64,000 nt of DNA from Terriglobia bacterium (GCA_963748015.1 CAVVHE010000009.1:448001-512000); one strand, 5' to 3'; shown: positions 37,074-47,085, numbered from the stretch's first letter. A program made the numbers and translations. The notes: generated by a model from the sequence alone, not told the origin.

Positions 37074-37217
37074 GGGGCAAACGCTACCAGAATCCGGGGA
37101 GGACTTTCAAAGCTGTTTCGCGCGCATGGAGAGCCCCGCTTCCTCGATCCTACAACGCCCACCACCGGGGTGCGCCCCACTTGTCTCCCTCCCGCAATCC
37201 GATCGCATACCGATAGG

Positions 37218-37246
37218 TTGACTCCGAGCGCCCGCCGATGTACTGT
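37218..37246 (+). promoter_or_regulatory. sigma70 promoter for the NYN gene leader
   Basis: TTGACT (37218)-N17-TACTGT (37241). Confidence 0.6.
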
Positions 37247-37265
37247 TACGCCGGTTGCTCTTGAT

Positions 37266-37340
37266 AGAAGAACCACCCCTCCGTTACGCCCCTGATTCAA
37301 GTAGGCGCAAGCCTCGCGTGATGGAGGGGCGCTTTTCTCT
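37266..37340 (+). ncRNA. Structured leader RNA upstream of the NYN gene
   Basis: 14-bp stem CCCCTCCGTTACGC/GCGTGATGGAGGGG enclosing an AGGC-GCAA-GCCT GNRA hairpin, followed by a U-rich tract. Confidence 0.55.
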
Positions 37341-37378
37341 CCGGTCCCATCGGAACCGCCTTCTCCCCTGAGGCGCAG

Positions 37379-37993
37379 GTGTGTGACCGAGTCGCCATCC
37401 TCTTGGATGGCGGGTTCGTCAAGAAGAAACTCACGCAGACGTTACGCCGATTCCCCCGCCCGGTGGACGTCGTGGATCTCTGCCAGCGAATCATGGCGTC
37501 GCCCAGACTGACCGAATCGAGACTCTTGCGAATCTACTTCTGCGACGCGCCGCCCTACGAGGGGCGATCCTCGAACCCGATGAGTGGCGAGGTGCTGGAC
37601 TTCTCCGGTACTGTCGAGGCAAAACGCAACCGAGCGCTGTTCGATGCCCTGGAGATGCAAGCCGACTTCGCCGTGCGACGGGGCACGATCCTCCATGTCG
37701 GGTGGAAGCTGGGCAGCGCCGCGCTGAGGAATCTCTCGCGGAACCCTCGCGCGATCACCGCCAGCGACTTCGTCCCCAACATGGTCCAGAAGGGTGTCGA
37801 CCTCCGCATGGGGCTCGACATCTCGGCGATGGCTCTGAAGCGAATTGCGGAGACGCTCGTGCTCGTCAGCGGCGACTCGGATCTCGTTCCCGCGATGAAG
37901 ACGGCACGCCGCGAAGGACTGCGGGTCTACCTCGAGACGCTCGGACATCACGTCCGGCCCGAACTCAAGGTCCACGCCGACCTCGTGCTGTAG
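37379..37993 (+). CDS. NYN-domain (LabA/DUF88, PIN-like) ribonuclease
   Basis: AILLDGGF, RIYF.D, QKGVD, LVSGDSDLVP. Confidence 0.9.
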   Translation: MCDRVAILLDGGFVKKKLTQTLRRFPRPVDVVDLCQRIMASPRLTESRLLRIYFCDAPPYEGRSSNPMSGEVLDFSGTVEAKRNRALFDALEMQADFAVRRGTILHVGWKLGSAALRNLSRNPRAITASDFVPNMVQKGVDLRMGLDISAMALKRIAETLVLVSGDSDLVPAMKTARREGLRVYLETLGHHVRPELKVHADLVL

Positions 37994-38023
37994 GGCGGTA
38001 CAGGGCCGCTGGACAAACCCGGC

Positions 38024-38779
38024 CTACATCAGCTCCCGCAACTTCGCGTATCCCGCCCGGCTGACCGGAAGCTCCTTCCCGTCCTTCAGGATCGCGATCC
38101 GGCTGTCCTTGGCCATGAGCTCCAGGCGGGCGAGCCGGTCGAGGTTGATCAGGTAGGAGCGGTGGATGCGGACGAAGCGGGCCGGGTCGAGCAGGTCCGC
38201 GAGGTCGGCGAGCGCCTGGTTCTTGAGGTGCGAGCGCCCCTCGGCGTGAATCGCCACGTAGTCGTCCTGGGCCTCGATCCAGTCGATGCGGGCGACGGGG
38301 ATCACGTGGACGTTCGCGCCGTCCTTCACCAGGACGCGCGCGAGGTGCTCGCCGGGCGGGCGGGCCGAGGCGGCCAGCGCCGCCGCCCGCGGCGCCGGGG
38401 CCGCGGCCTCGAGGCGCTCCCTCGCCCTCGCGAGCGCCTTGTCGAGCCGCTCGCGGCCGACGGGCTTGAGCACGTAGTCCACCGCGTGCACCTCGAAGGC
38501 GCGCAGCGCGTACTCGTCGTACGCGGTCACGAACACGACGACCGGCGGGCGGTCGAGCAGCTCGAGCACCTCGAAACCGTCGAGCTTGGGCATCTGGACG
38601 TCGAGCAGCACGACGTCGGGTGCCTTCTCGCCGATCGCGCGCACCGCCTCGAAGCCGTTCTCGCACTCGCCGACGACCTCGACGTCGCGGTGGGCCTCGC
38701 AGTACTCGCGCAGCAGCGCCCGTGCGGGCGCCTCGTCGTCCACGATCACGACACGGATCGCGCGGGCGTCAGGCTTCAT
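38024..38779 (-). CDS. LytTR-family response regulator
   Basis: IVDDE, LLDVQMP, FVTAYD, FVRIHRSYLIN. Confidence 0.95.
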   Translation of the reverse strand: MKPDARAIRVVIVDDEAPARALLREYCEAHRDVEVVGECENGFEAVRAIGEKAPDVVLLDVQMPKLDGFEVLELLDRPPVVVFVTAYDEYALRAFEVHAVDYVLKPVGRERLDKALARARERLEAAAPAPRAAALAASARPPGEHLARVLVKDGANVHVIPVARIDWIEAQDDYVAIHAEGRSHLKNQALADLADLLDPARFVRIHRSYLINLDRLARLELMAKDSRIAILKDGKELPVSRAGYAKLRELM

Positions 38780-39857
38780 GACGGCCGTTCTCCCCGTCCT
38801 CCCGCTCGAGCGCGGGAAGGTAGAGCATCGCCTTGAACCGCCCGTCCTCGCGAGAGACCTCGAGCCCCGCCGAGCCTGGATCGAGCGCCTCGAGGCGGCG
38901 CCTCACGTTCTCGAGGCCGAGACCCTGCCCTCGGCGGGGGGGCGCGTCGGGGTCGAACGGGTTCTCGACCGACACCTCGAGCCGGCCGGTCCGGCGGCGC
39001 GCGGCGATGCGGATCGTGCCCCCCTCGATGCGGCTCGCGACGCCGTGCTTCACCGCGTTCTCGACGAGCGGCTGGAGGAGCAGCGGGGGAACGAGGCAGC
39101 GCTCCGCGGCGGCCTCCACGTCGCGCGTGACCGAAAGCCGCTTTCCGAACCGGACCTGCTCCACCGAGAGGTAGTGGTCCGCAAGCCGGAGTTCCTCCCC
39201 GAGGGCCACGCGCGGGCGGGCGCCCAGGGCCAGGCTCGTGCGGAGGAAGTCGCCGAGGAGCTGGCACATGCGCCGCGCCGCCTCGGGATCGGATCCGACG
39301 AGGGCGTTGATCGAGTTCAAGGAGTTGAACAGGAAGTGCGGGTTGAGCTGCGCGCGGAGGGCCTTGAGCTCCGCCTCGCGAGCCGACAGCTGCGACTCCA
39401 GCATCCGCCGCTCGGCGGCGCGCGCCGTCTCGAAGGCCAGCGCGAGGTAGTGGGCGACGATGGACTGCGCGTAGAGGATCACGCCGGCGACGAACAGCGC
39501 CAGCAGGTCGCGCAGCATCCCGGCGCGGTCGGGCCCGATTCCCGCGCGGCTCTTGAGCAGCACGGCCCACGCCGCGCCCGCGGCGGTCCAGATGGCCGCG
39601 GACTGGAGCGCGGCGCCGGCGAGGAAGGCGGCGAGGCGCAGCGGCGGCGCGCTGCCGAGAGGGCGCGAGCGGCAGACCCACCACGCGGAGAGGCACGCGA
39701 AGGCGTAGATCGCGGTGAGCGGCCCGGCGAAGACCGCGGCGTGCGCGACCGGCCGCGGCCGGAGCAGCACGAAGAGGCCGGTCAGGAGGAGGCCGATGCC
39801 CACCCATGCGACGAGGTAGAGGAGAATCCGGATCCTTCGAGCGAGTAGAGGGTGCAC
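38769..39857 (-). CDS. LytS-like sensor histidine kinase
   Basis: LRAQLNPHFLFNSLN, QPLVENAVKHG, GLGLENVRRRL. Confidence 0.95.
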   Translation of the reverse strand: MHPLLARRIRILLYLVAWVGIGLLLTGLFVLLRPRPVAHAAVFAGPLTAIYAFACLSAWWVCRSRPLGSAPPLRLAAFLAGAALQSAAIWTAAGAAWAVLLKSRAGIGPDRAGMLRDLLALFVAGVILYAQSIVAHYLALAFETARAAERRMLESQLSAREAELKALRAQLNPHFLFNSLNSINALVGSDPEAARRMCQLLGDFLRTSLALGARPRVALGEELRLADHYLSVEQVRFGKRLSVTRDVEAAAERCLVPPLLLQPLVENAVKHGVASRIEGGTIRIAARRRTGRLEVSVENPFDPDAPPRRGQGLGLENVRRRLEALDPGSAGLEVSREDGRFKAMLYLPALEREDGENGRHEA

Positions 39858-39860
39858 GGC

Positions 39861-40616
39861 TCAGTTCTTCACTTCCATGCCGCCCATGACGATGAAGCCC
39901 TTGATCACCAGGTGGCCCGTCGCCTCGCCCTCGGGGGCCCGGGTCTTGTCGTCCACGCCGCCGAGCAGCGCCAGCGCCTCGTTCGTGACCTTCCAGCCCG
40001 GCGGCACGCGAAGGTCGACGCCTCCCCACCAGATGAACACGTCGATCACCGCCGGCCCGCCCGCGATCTTGGCGGGACGCAGGTCGATGTCGTGCCCGCC
40101 CATGATGGCCGTGATCTCGCCGCCGCGGAAGTCCTCCGACACGACCTTCCGTCCCGCGCCCGACCAGAGCGCGAACGCGCGAAGCGTCCCGGCCCCCTCC
40201 TCGAGCGCGGCGGTCGTGGCCCGGCCGCGCAGGGAGGCGATCACCATCGAGCCGCCCAGGACGACGAGTGCCAAGGGCCAGAGGCTCCAGGGGCTGTGGT
40301 GCACGATGCCGGCCCTCTGGAGGAGCATCCAGCCCGCGAAGAACGACACCAGGATGCCCCCGGTGACCTGGCGCCGGCAGCAGATTCCCGTCAGCATCAT
40401 CAGGCCCCAGGCCAGCGCGAGCGCCGGCCACCACCTCAGGACCTGCGATGCGTCCATGACGTCCAGCTCGTCGAGCAGGAAGACGAACCCCAGCGCGATG
40501 ACGAGAGCGCCGATGATCAGCCGCCCCGTCATCCCGCGGACGACGACGCCGTAGACGACGTGCTTCCCCTCGACGACCCGGCCGACTTGCAGTGTTCCCT
40601 TGTCGCCGTCACTCAT
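39861..40616 (-). CDS. LiaF-like membrane protein
   Basis: Four TM helices with WP motifs; FRGGEITAIMGG.DIDLR, GGVDLRVP. Confidence 0.85.
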   Translation of the reverse strand: MSDGDKGTLQVGRVVEGKHVVYGVVVRGMTGRLIIGALVIALGFVFLLDELDVMDASQVLRWWPALALAWGLMMLTGICCRRQVTGGILVSFFAGWMLLQRAGIVHHSPWSLWPLALVVLGGSMVIASLRGRATTAALEEGAGTLRAFALWSGAGRKVVSEDFRGGEITAIMGGHDIDLRPAKIAGGPAVIDVFIWWGGVDLRVPPGWKVTNEALALLGGVDDKTRAPEGEATGHLVIKGFIVMGGMEVKN

Positions 40617-40761
40617 CGGATGCCTCCTCGTGCGCCCGCCGGTCGCTCTTGCCGGCGAGGATCCCGATCACGATCCCGGCGCCGAACACGACCAGCAGCA
40701 TCGGCCAGAAGCCGTAGCTCGACAGGGCCGCCCAGTCCACCTCCGCGGCCAATTCAATCAC
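40609..40761 (-). CDS. 50-aa single-TM protein resembling a LiaF TM repeat (not in the ORF track)
   Basis: MIELAAEVDWAALSSYGFWPMLLVVFGAGIVIGILAGKSDRRAHEEASDE; overlaps both neighbours. Confidence 0.65.
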   Translation of the reverse strand: MIELAAEVDWAALSSYGFWPMLLVVFGAGIVIGILAGKSDRRAHEEASDE

Positions 40762-41116
40762 GGGAGGGCTCCTGCTCGCAGCAGCGCTCGTCCTCCCGAC
40801 TGAAGGCGCGGATCACGATCCCGACGCCGACCGCGAGCAGCAGGAGCGGCCAGAACGTCGACCAGGTCAGCCCCAGCCAGTGGAACTCCGCGGCGAAGAA
40901 CGCCAGCCCCATGAGGGCGAGCATCACGCCGGACCCGGGGCGCCCCTCGAACAGCTTGAACGCGCCCAGGATCAGGAGGACCGCCGGCCAGAGCTTCGAC
41001 AGGGACGGGATGTCGACGACTCCCAACCTGTCCAGGAGGAAGGCGCCGCCGATCGTCATGAGAAGGACCCCCCAGAGGGCCTGCCGGTGGGGCCGGGTTC
41101 TTTCCTCGAGTTCCAT
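40754..41116 (-). CDS. LiaF/DUF5668-like TM protein
   Basis: GGAGG RBS; two LWP/FWP TM hairpin repeats. Confidence 0.8.
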   Translation of the reverse strand: MELEERTRPHRQALWGVLLMTIGGAFLLDRLGVVDIPSLSKLWPAVLLILGAFKLFEGRPGSGVMLALMGLAFFAAEFHWLGLTWSTFWPLLLLAVGVGIVIRAFSREDERCCEQEPSRD

Positions 41117-41259
41117 CGCCGCCTCCGTCGGGTTCATTCCCGCCTTGCACCTGGACTCTACGGCCCGCCGGGCCCCGTCGCTCCGTCTTTTCGGCGAATG
41201 CGCGCCTTCCTCCGGCGAACGCCGCCGTAGTACCATTCCCCCCAATTTCCCCGGAACGA

Positions 41260-41297
41260 GGGACGGCAACCGGCCGCCGGTCGTTGCCCCCCGTCCC
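41260..41297. repeat. Palindromic element copy 4 (imperfect)
   Basis: GGGACGGCAAC...GTTGC-CCC-CCGTCCC. Confidence 0.6.
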
Positions 41298-41320
41298 GGG
41301 ACCCCGAGGAGGTCTCGCCG

Positions 41321-43435
41321 ATGTCGAAGATGCTGCTGATCGCAGGGCTCCTGTGCCTCGCGGTGCCCGCTCTCGCCGAGGCGCCGCAGGCGCCCGCGAA
41401 GGACGGCAACCCGCTCCTCATGGAGTGGACCACGCCGTTCGGCGTGCCCCCGTTCGACAAAATCAAGGAGGAGCACTACCTCCCCGCGTTCAAGGAGGCG
41501 ATCGCGGAGCAGCGCAGGGAAGCGCAGGCCATATCGAAGAGCGAGGCCGCTCCCACCTTCGCGAACACGATCGAGGCGCTCGAACGGTCGGGGCGCGCGC
41601 TCGAGCGGGTGCGCGCCGTGTTCTTCGGGCTGCAATCGGCCGAGACCAACGAGCGGCACCAGGCGACGGCGAAGGAGGTCGCGCCGCTGCTGTCGGCTCT
41701 TCGCGACGACATCGCCCTCGACGAGAGCCTGTTCAAGCGCGTGAAGACGCTCCAGGAGAAGCGCGACGCCCTCGAACTCGACACCGAGCAGAAGATGTTG
41801 CTCAAGAACACCCACCGCGACTTCGTGCGCGGGGGCGCCAACCTCGATGCGAAGGGGAAGGAGCGGCTGCGCGCGATCAACACGGAGCTGTCGGTGCTCG
41901 GCGTGAAGTTCGGCGAGAACGTCCTCGCCGAGACGAACGCCTACAAGCTCGTGATCGAGAAGCGCGAGGACCTCGCGGGGCTGCCCGACCGCGTGGTGGC
42001 CGGGGCGGCCGACGCGGCCAAGGCGGCGAAGCTCGAGGGGAAGTGGGTCTTCACGCTGCAGGCGCCGAGCATCTGGCCGTTCCTGCAGTACGCGGACAAC
42101 CGCGAGCTGCGCAAGCAGCTCCTGACCGCGTACATCACTCGCGGCGACCACGGCGACAAGAGCGACAACAAGACCGCGCTCTCGAAAATCGCGGCGCTCA
42201 GGGCGGAGAAGGCGACGCTGCTCGGCTACCCGACCTTCGCGAACTACATCCTCGAGGAGAACATGGCCGAGAAGCCCGAGAGGGTGTACGGCCTCCTCAA
42301 CCAGCTCTGGACCCCTGCGCTCGCGGTGGCGAACAAGGAGGCCGCGGCGATCACGGAGGAGATCAAGAAGGAAGGGAAGGAGTTCGCGCTCGAGCCGTGG
42401 GACTGGCGCTACTACGCCGAGAAGATCAAGAAGGCCCGGTACGACGTGGACGAGCAGGCGGTGCGGCCGTACTTCGAGCTGGACCACGTCCGCGACGGCG
42501 CGTTCTACGTCGCGACCAAGCTCTATGGGATCACGTTCGTCGAGCGGAAGGACATCCCGGTCTACAACCCCGAGGTGCGCACCTACGAGGTGAAGGACGC
42601 CGACGGCTCGCACCTCGGCGTCCTGATGCTCGACTACCACCCGAGGCCCGGGAAGCGCAGCGGCGCGTGGAGCGGCCGCTACCGCGACCAGTGGGTGGAG
42701 AACGGCAAGGACGTGCGGCCGATCGTCAACAACGTCGGCAACTTCTCGCGGCCGGCGGGCGGGGCCCCGGCGCTCCTGAGCCTCGAGGAGACGGAGACGC
42801 TATTCCACGAGTTCGGCCACGGCCTGCACTCGCTGCTGTCGAGGTGCCACTACAGCAGCCTCGCGGCCACCTCGGTGCCGCGCGACTTCGTCGAGCTGCC
42901 GTCGCAGATCATGGAGAACTGGCTGCTCGAGCCCGAGGTCCTCAAGGTCTACGCCAAGCACTACAAGACCGGCGAGACGATCCCCGACGAGCTGGTCGCG
43001 AAGATCAAGAAGGCGAGACAGTTCAACGAGGGGTTCAATACGGTGGAGTACCTCGCCGCGTCGTTCCTCGACATGGACTGGCACACGCTGGCCGACCCGA
43101 AGGAGCGCGATGCGGTCGCGTTCGAGAAGGCGTCGCTCGGCAAGATCGGCCTGATCCCCGAGATCGTCGTGCGCTACCGCAGCCCGTACTTCAGCCACAT
43201 CTTCAGCGGCGGCTACGCGGCCGGCTACTACGGGTACGTCTGGGCCGAGGTGCTCGACGCCGATGCCTTCCAGGCGTTCAAGGAGAAGGGACTGTTCGAC
43301 CCGGCCACCGCGAAGTCGTTCCGCACGAACATCCTCGAGCGCGGCGGCACCGAGGAGCCGATGGTCCTCTACAAGCGCTTCCGCGGGCGGGAGCCGAGCG
43401 TCGAGCCGCTCCTCGTCCGCCGCGGCTTGAAGTAA
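41321..43435 (+). CDS. dcp: M3 metallopeptidase (peptidyl-dipeptidase Dcp-like)
   Basis: HEFGH zincin motif, DFVELPSQIMENW, YAAGYYGY. Confidence 0.9.
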   Translation: MSKMLLIAGLLCLAVPALAEAPQAPAKDGNPLLMEWTTPFGVPPFDKIKEEHYLPAFKEAIAEQRREAQAISKSEAAPTFANTIEALERSGRALERVRAVFFGLQSAETNERHQATAKEVAPLLSALRDDIALDESLFKRVKTLQEKRDALELDTEQKMLLKNTHRDFVRGGANLDAKGKERLRAINTELSVLGVKFGENVLAETNAYKLVIEKREDLAGLPDRVVAGAADAAKAAKLEGKWVFTLQAPSIWPFLQYADNRELRKQLLTAYITRGDHGDKSDNKTALSKIAALRAEKATLLGYPTFANYILEENMAEKPERVYGLLNQLWTPALAVANKEAAAITEEIKKEGKEFALEPWDWRYYAEKIKKARYDVDEQAVRPYFELDHVRDGAFYVATKLYGITFVERKDIPVYNPEVRTYEVKDADGSHLGVLMLDYHPRPGKRSGAWSGRYRDQWVENGKDVRPIVNNVGNFSRPAGGAPALLSLEETETLFHEFGHGLHSLLSRCHYSSLAATSVPRDFVELPSQIMENWLLEPEVLKVYAKHYKTGETIPDELVAKIKKARQFNEGFNTVEYLAASFLDMDWHTLADPKERDAVAFEKASLGKIGLIPEIVVRYRSPYFSHIFSGGYAAGYYGYVWAEVLDADAFQAFKEKGLFDPATAKSFRTNILERGGTEEPMVLYKRFRGREPSVEPLLVRRGLK

Positions 43436-43442
43436 TCGAGCC

Positions 43443-43492
43443 GGGGACGGCAACCTGCGATGGGGACGGCAACCGCGCGCGGTTGCCGTCCC
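43443..43492. repeat. Palindromic element copy 5 with a duplicated left arm
   Basis: GGGGACGGCAACC twice, then GGTTGCCGTCCC. Confidence 0.75.
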
Positions 43493-43532
43493 TGCTTTCG
43501 AAGGTCCCAAGGTCCCAGGGACGGAGGTGCCG

Positions 43533-46500
43533 ATGCGCGCGAGGGTGACGGTGTCCGCATTCCTGCTGATCGCGCTCGCAGGTTCGGGAGCGGCACCGGG
43601 CGCTCCGGCCCCCGCGCCGGCCGACGTCCCGGTCGCCCGCTTCGACCTGATCGTCCGGAACGGCACGGTGTACGACGGCACGGGCTCTCCCGGCAGGCGC
43701 GCCGACGTGGGCGTGCGCGGGGACAGGGTGGCGGCCGTGGGGGATCTCTCCCGCGCCGAGGCGTCCCGCGCGATCGACGCCGCGGGGATGGCCGTCTCGC
43801 CCGGCTTCATCAACATGCTCTCGTGGGCGAACGAGTCGCTGATCGTGGACGGCCGCTCGATGAGCGACGTCAAGCAGGGGGTCACCCTCGAGGTGTTCGG
43901 CGAGGGCTGGTCCATGGGGCCCTACACCGCCAAGATGAAGGCCGAGGCGAAGGAGCAGCAGGGCGACATCCGGTACGACGTCACGTGGACCACGCTGGGG
44001 GAGTACCTCGACGGCCTGGTCGCGCGCGGCGTGTCCCCGAACGTCGCCAGCTTCGTGGGCGCCACGACCCTCCGCATCCACGAGCTGGGGTACGCCGACC
44101 GCGCGCCGTCCCCCGAGGAGCTGGCGCGCATGCAGGATCTCGCCCGCGAGGCGATGCGCGAGGGCGCGCTCGGCATCGGCGCGGCGCTGATCTACGCTCC
44201 GGGGTTCTTCGCCAAGACGCCCGAGCTGCTCGCGCTGGTCCGCGCGGCCTCCGAGTACGGCGGCGGGTACGTGGCGCACATGCGCAGCGAGGCGGGCCGG
44301 TTCCTCGAGGCGCTGGACGAGACGATCGGCATCGCGCGCGACGCCGGCGTGCACGGCGAGGTCTACCACCTGAAGGCCGCGGGAGAGGCCAACTGGCCGA
44401 AGATGGCGCAGGCCGTCGCGCGCATCGAGGCGGCGCGGTCGCAGAAGCTCTCCGTCGGCGCGAACATGTACCCGTACGTGGCGGGCGCGACCGGTCTCGA
44501 CGCGGCCATGCCGCCTTGGGTCCAGGAGGGCGGCCTCGACGCCTGGATCGAACGCCTGAAGAAGCCCGCGGTCCGGGCCCGCGTGCTCAAGGAGATGCGC
44601 ACGCCGAGCGACGCGTGGGAGAACCTCCTGCTCGCCGCCGGCTCCCCGACGCGGGTCAAGTTCATCGGGTTCAGGAGCGAGAAGCTGAAGCCGCTCACCG
44701 GGAAGACGCTCGAGGAGGTGGCGCGCCAGAGGGGCACCTCGCCCGAGGACACCGCGATCGACCTCGTCATCGAGGACCATTCGCGGGTCGACACCGCGTA
44801 CTTCCTGATGAGCGAGGAGAACGTGGAGCAGGCGTTAAGGCAGCCCTGGGTCGGCTTCGGCTCCGACGCGGAGTCGTCCGCCCCCGAGGGGGTGTTCCTG
44901 AAGTCGAGCACGCACCCGCGCGCCTACGGCACCTTCGCGCGGGTGCTCGGTCACTACGTCCGCGACCGAAAGGTCCTGCCTCTCGAGGAGGCCGTCCGCC
45001 GGATGACGCGCCTCCCGGCGGAGAGCTGGAAACTGAAGGACCGGGGCTGCCTCGAAGCCGGCTGCTTCGCCGACCTCGTGGTCTTCGATCCCGCGACGAT
45101 CGCGGACCGCTCGACCTACGACCAGCCGCGGCAATACGCCGTCGGCGTGCGGCACGTCCTCGTGAACGGCGTGCAGGTGCTCCGGGACGGCGAGCACACG
45201 GGGGCGAAGCCCGGGCGCGTCGTGCGCGGGCCGGGCTGGTGCGGTTGGCAGCCGGAGCGGTGCGGGATGGGAGCGACGCGCGCCGCGAGCGGCGCCGCGC
45301 CGATGCCCGGGACGCCCCCGCCGATACCGGCGGTCGACGTGCGGTGGGGCGTCAAGATCCCGATGCGCGACGGGGTCGAGCTGAACGCGACGCTCTACCT
45401 CGGACGCCAGTCGGCGGGACCCGAGCCCTGCGTCTTCACGCTGACGCCGTACGTCGCACAGAGCTACCACGACCGCGGCATGTACTTCGCGTCGAACGGC
45501 TACGCCTTCTTGACCGTCGACGTGCGAGGGCGGGGGAACTCCGGCGGCGAGTTCACACCGCTGCTGCAAGAGGCGAAGGACGGCCACGACGTCGTCGAGT
45601 GGCTGGCGAAGCAGCCCTACTGCAACGGCAAGGTCGCGATGTGGGGAGGCTCGTACGCCGGGTACGACCAGTGGGCCACGGCCAAGGAGCTCCCGCCGCA
45701 CCTCGCCACGATCGTTCCGGTCGCGTCGCCCTACGCCGGCGTGGATTTCCCGATGGACCGGGGGATGTTCGGAAGCTACGACATCCAGTGGCTGACGTTC
45801 GTCGCCGGGCACACCAGCCAGGAGAGGATCTTCGGCGACCAGCCGCTGTGGGTGTCGGTGTTCAAGAAGATGTACCTCGAGCACCGCCCGTTCCGTGAGC
45901 TCGACCGGCTCGCGGGCATGCCCTCGAAGGTGTTCCAGACGTGGGTCTCCCACCCGGCGCCTGACGCGTACTGGGATTCCTACAATCCGACCCCCGAGCA
46001 GTACGCGAAGCTCGACCTGCCGATCCTCACCATCACCGGGCAATACGACGGCGACCAGCCCGGCGCGCTAACGCACTACCGGCTGCACCTTCGCAACGCG
46101 GAGCCTTCGGCGAGGGCGAAGCATTTCCTCGTGATCGGGCCCTGGGACCACGCGGGGACGCGCACCCCGCGCGCGGAGTTCGGAGGGCTCGAGTTCGGGC
46201 CGGCGAGCCTCGTGGACCTGAACGCGCTCCACAGGGACTGGTACGACTGGACGATGAAGTCCGGCCCGAGACCGGCGTTCCTCGAGGCGCCGGTGGTCTA
46301 CTACGTCGCCGGGGCGGACAGGTGGCGCCACGCGGAGACGCTCGACTCGATCGGCGCGGAGTCGCGGCCGTTCTACCTCGATTCGACCGCGGCCGGCGCG
46401 AACGACGTCTTCCGCAGCGGCACGCTAGGCTCCGGAAAGGGAAAGGGAGGGCCCGACGCCTACGTGTACGACCCGCTCGACACGTGGGCGGCCGAGCTCG

Positions 46501-47039
46501 CCGACGACACGACGGCGCCCGAGCTCGCCGACCAGCGCGGCGCGCTGCTCAACCGCGGCCGCAGCTTGATCTACCACTCGGCGCCGCTCGAGCGCGACAC
46601 CGAGCTCGGCGGCTTCTTCAAGCTGACCGCCTACGTCTCCCTCGACCAGCCCGACACCGACCTTGCGGTCGCGGTGTACGACATCGCGCCCGACGGGAGC
46701 GCCATCTTCCTGTGCGGCGACGCGCGGCGCGCCCGCTACAGGGCGGGCCCGCGGGCGCCGAAGCTCGCGACGCCCGGCCGGATCGAGCTCTACGATTTCG
46801 ACCGCTTCGGCTTCGTCGCGCGCGTCATCCCGAAGGGCCACCGCCTGCGTCTCACGATCGGCCCGGCCGATTCACCCTTCGAGGAGAAGAACTACAACGC
46901 CGGCGGCGTGGTCGCCGAGGAGAGCGGCAAGGACGCGCGCACGGTCAAGGTGAAGCTGTACCACGACCCCGCCCGTCCCAGCGCGCTGTACGTGCCGATC
47001 CAGAAATTCGACGCGGCGGCCGGGGAGCGGCAGCGGTAG
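43533..47039 (+). CDS. Fusion of N-acyl-D-amino-acid deacylase and CocE/NonD hydrolase
   Basis: PGFIN, HMRSE, HPRAYGTF in the N-half; IPMRDGV, DVRGRG.SGG, GGSYAG, IGPWDH in the C-half. Confidence 0.85.
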   Translation: MRARVTVSAFLLIALAGSGAAPGAPAPAPADVPVARFDLIVRNGTVYDGTGSPGRRADVGVRGDRVAAVGDLSRAEASRAIDAAGMAVSPGFINMLSWANESLIVDGRSMSDVKQGVTLEVFGEGWSMGPYTAKMKAEAKEQQGDIRYDVTWTTLGEYLDGLVARGVSPNVASFVGATTLRIHELGYADRAPSPEELARMQDLAREAMREGALGIGAALIYAPGFFAKTPELLALVRAASEYGGGYVAHMRSEAGRFLEALDETIGIARDAGVHGEVYHLKAAGEANWPKMAQAVARIEAARSQKLSVGANMYPYVAGATGLDAAMPPWVQEGGLDAWIERLKKPAVRARVLKEMRTPSDAWENLLLAAGSPTRVKFIGFRSEKLKPLTGKTLEEVARQRGTSPEDTAIDLVIEDHSRVDTAYFLMSEENVEQALRQPWVGFGSDAESSAPEGVFLKSSTHPRAYGTFARVLGHYVRDRKVLPLEEAVRRMTRLPAESWKLKDRGCLEAGCFADLVVFDPATIADRSTYDQPRQYAVGVRHVLVNGVQVLRDGEHTGAKPGRVVRGPGWCGWQPERCGMGATRAASGAAPMPGTPPPIPAVDVRWGVKIPMRDGVELNATLYLGRQSAGPEPCVFTLTPYVAQSYHDRGMYFASNGYAFLTVDVRGRGNSGGEFTPLLQEAKDGHDVVEWLAKQPYCNGKVAMWGGSYAGYDQWATAKELPPHLATIVPVASPYAGVDFPMDRGMFGSYDIQWLTFVAGHTSQERIFGDQPLWVSVFKKMYLEHRPFRELDRLAGMPSKVFQTWVSHPAPDAYWDSYNPTPEQYAKLDLPILTITGQYDGDQPGALTHYRLHLRNAEPSARAKHFLVIGPWDHAGTRTPRAEFGGLEFGPASLVDLNALHRDWYDWTMKSGPRPAFLEAPVVYYVAGADRWRHAETLDSIGAESRPFYLDSTAAGANDVFRSGTLGSGKGKGGPDAYVYDPLDTWAAELADDTTAPELADQRGALLNRGRSLIYHSAPLERDTELGGFFKLTAYVSLDQPDTDLAVAVYDIAPDGSAIFLCGDARRARYRAGPRAPKLATPGRIELYDFDRFGFVARVIPKGHRLRLTIGPADSPFEEKNYNAGGVVAEESGKDARTVKVKLYHDPARPSALYVPIQKFDAAAGERQR

Positions 47040-47085
47040 AGCGCAGGGTGGGCGCGCGTTCGCGGGAGGTCGCCCGCGAGGCGGC

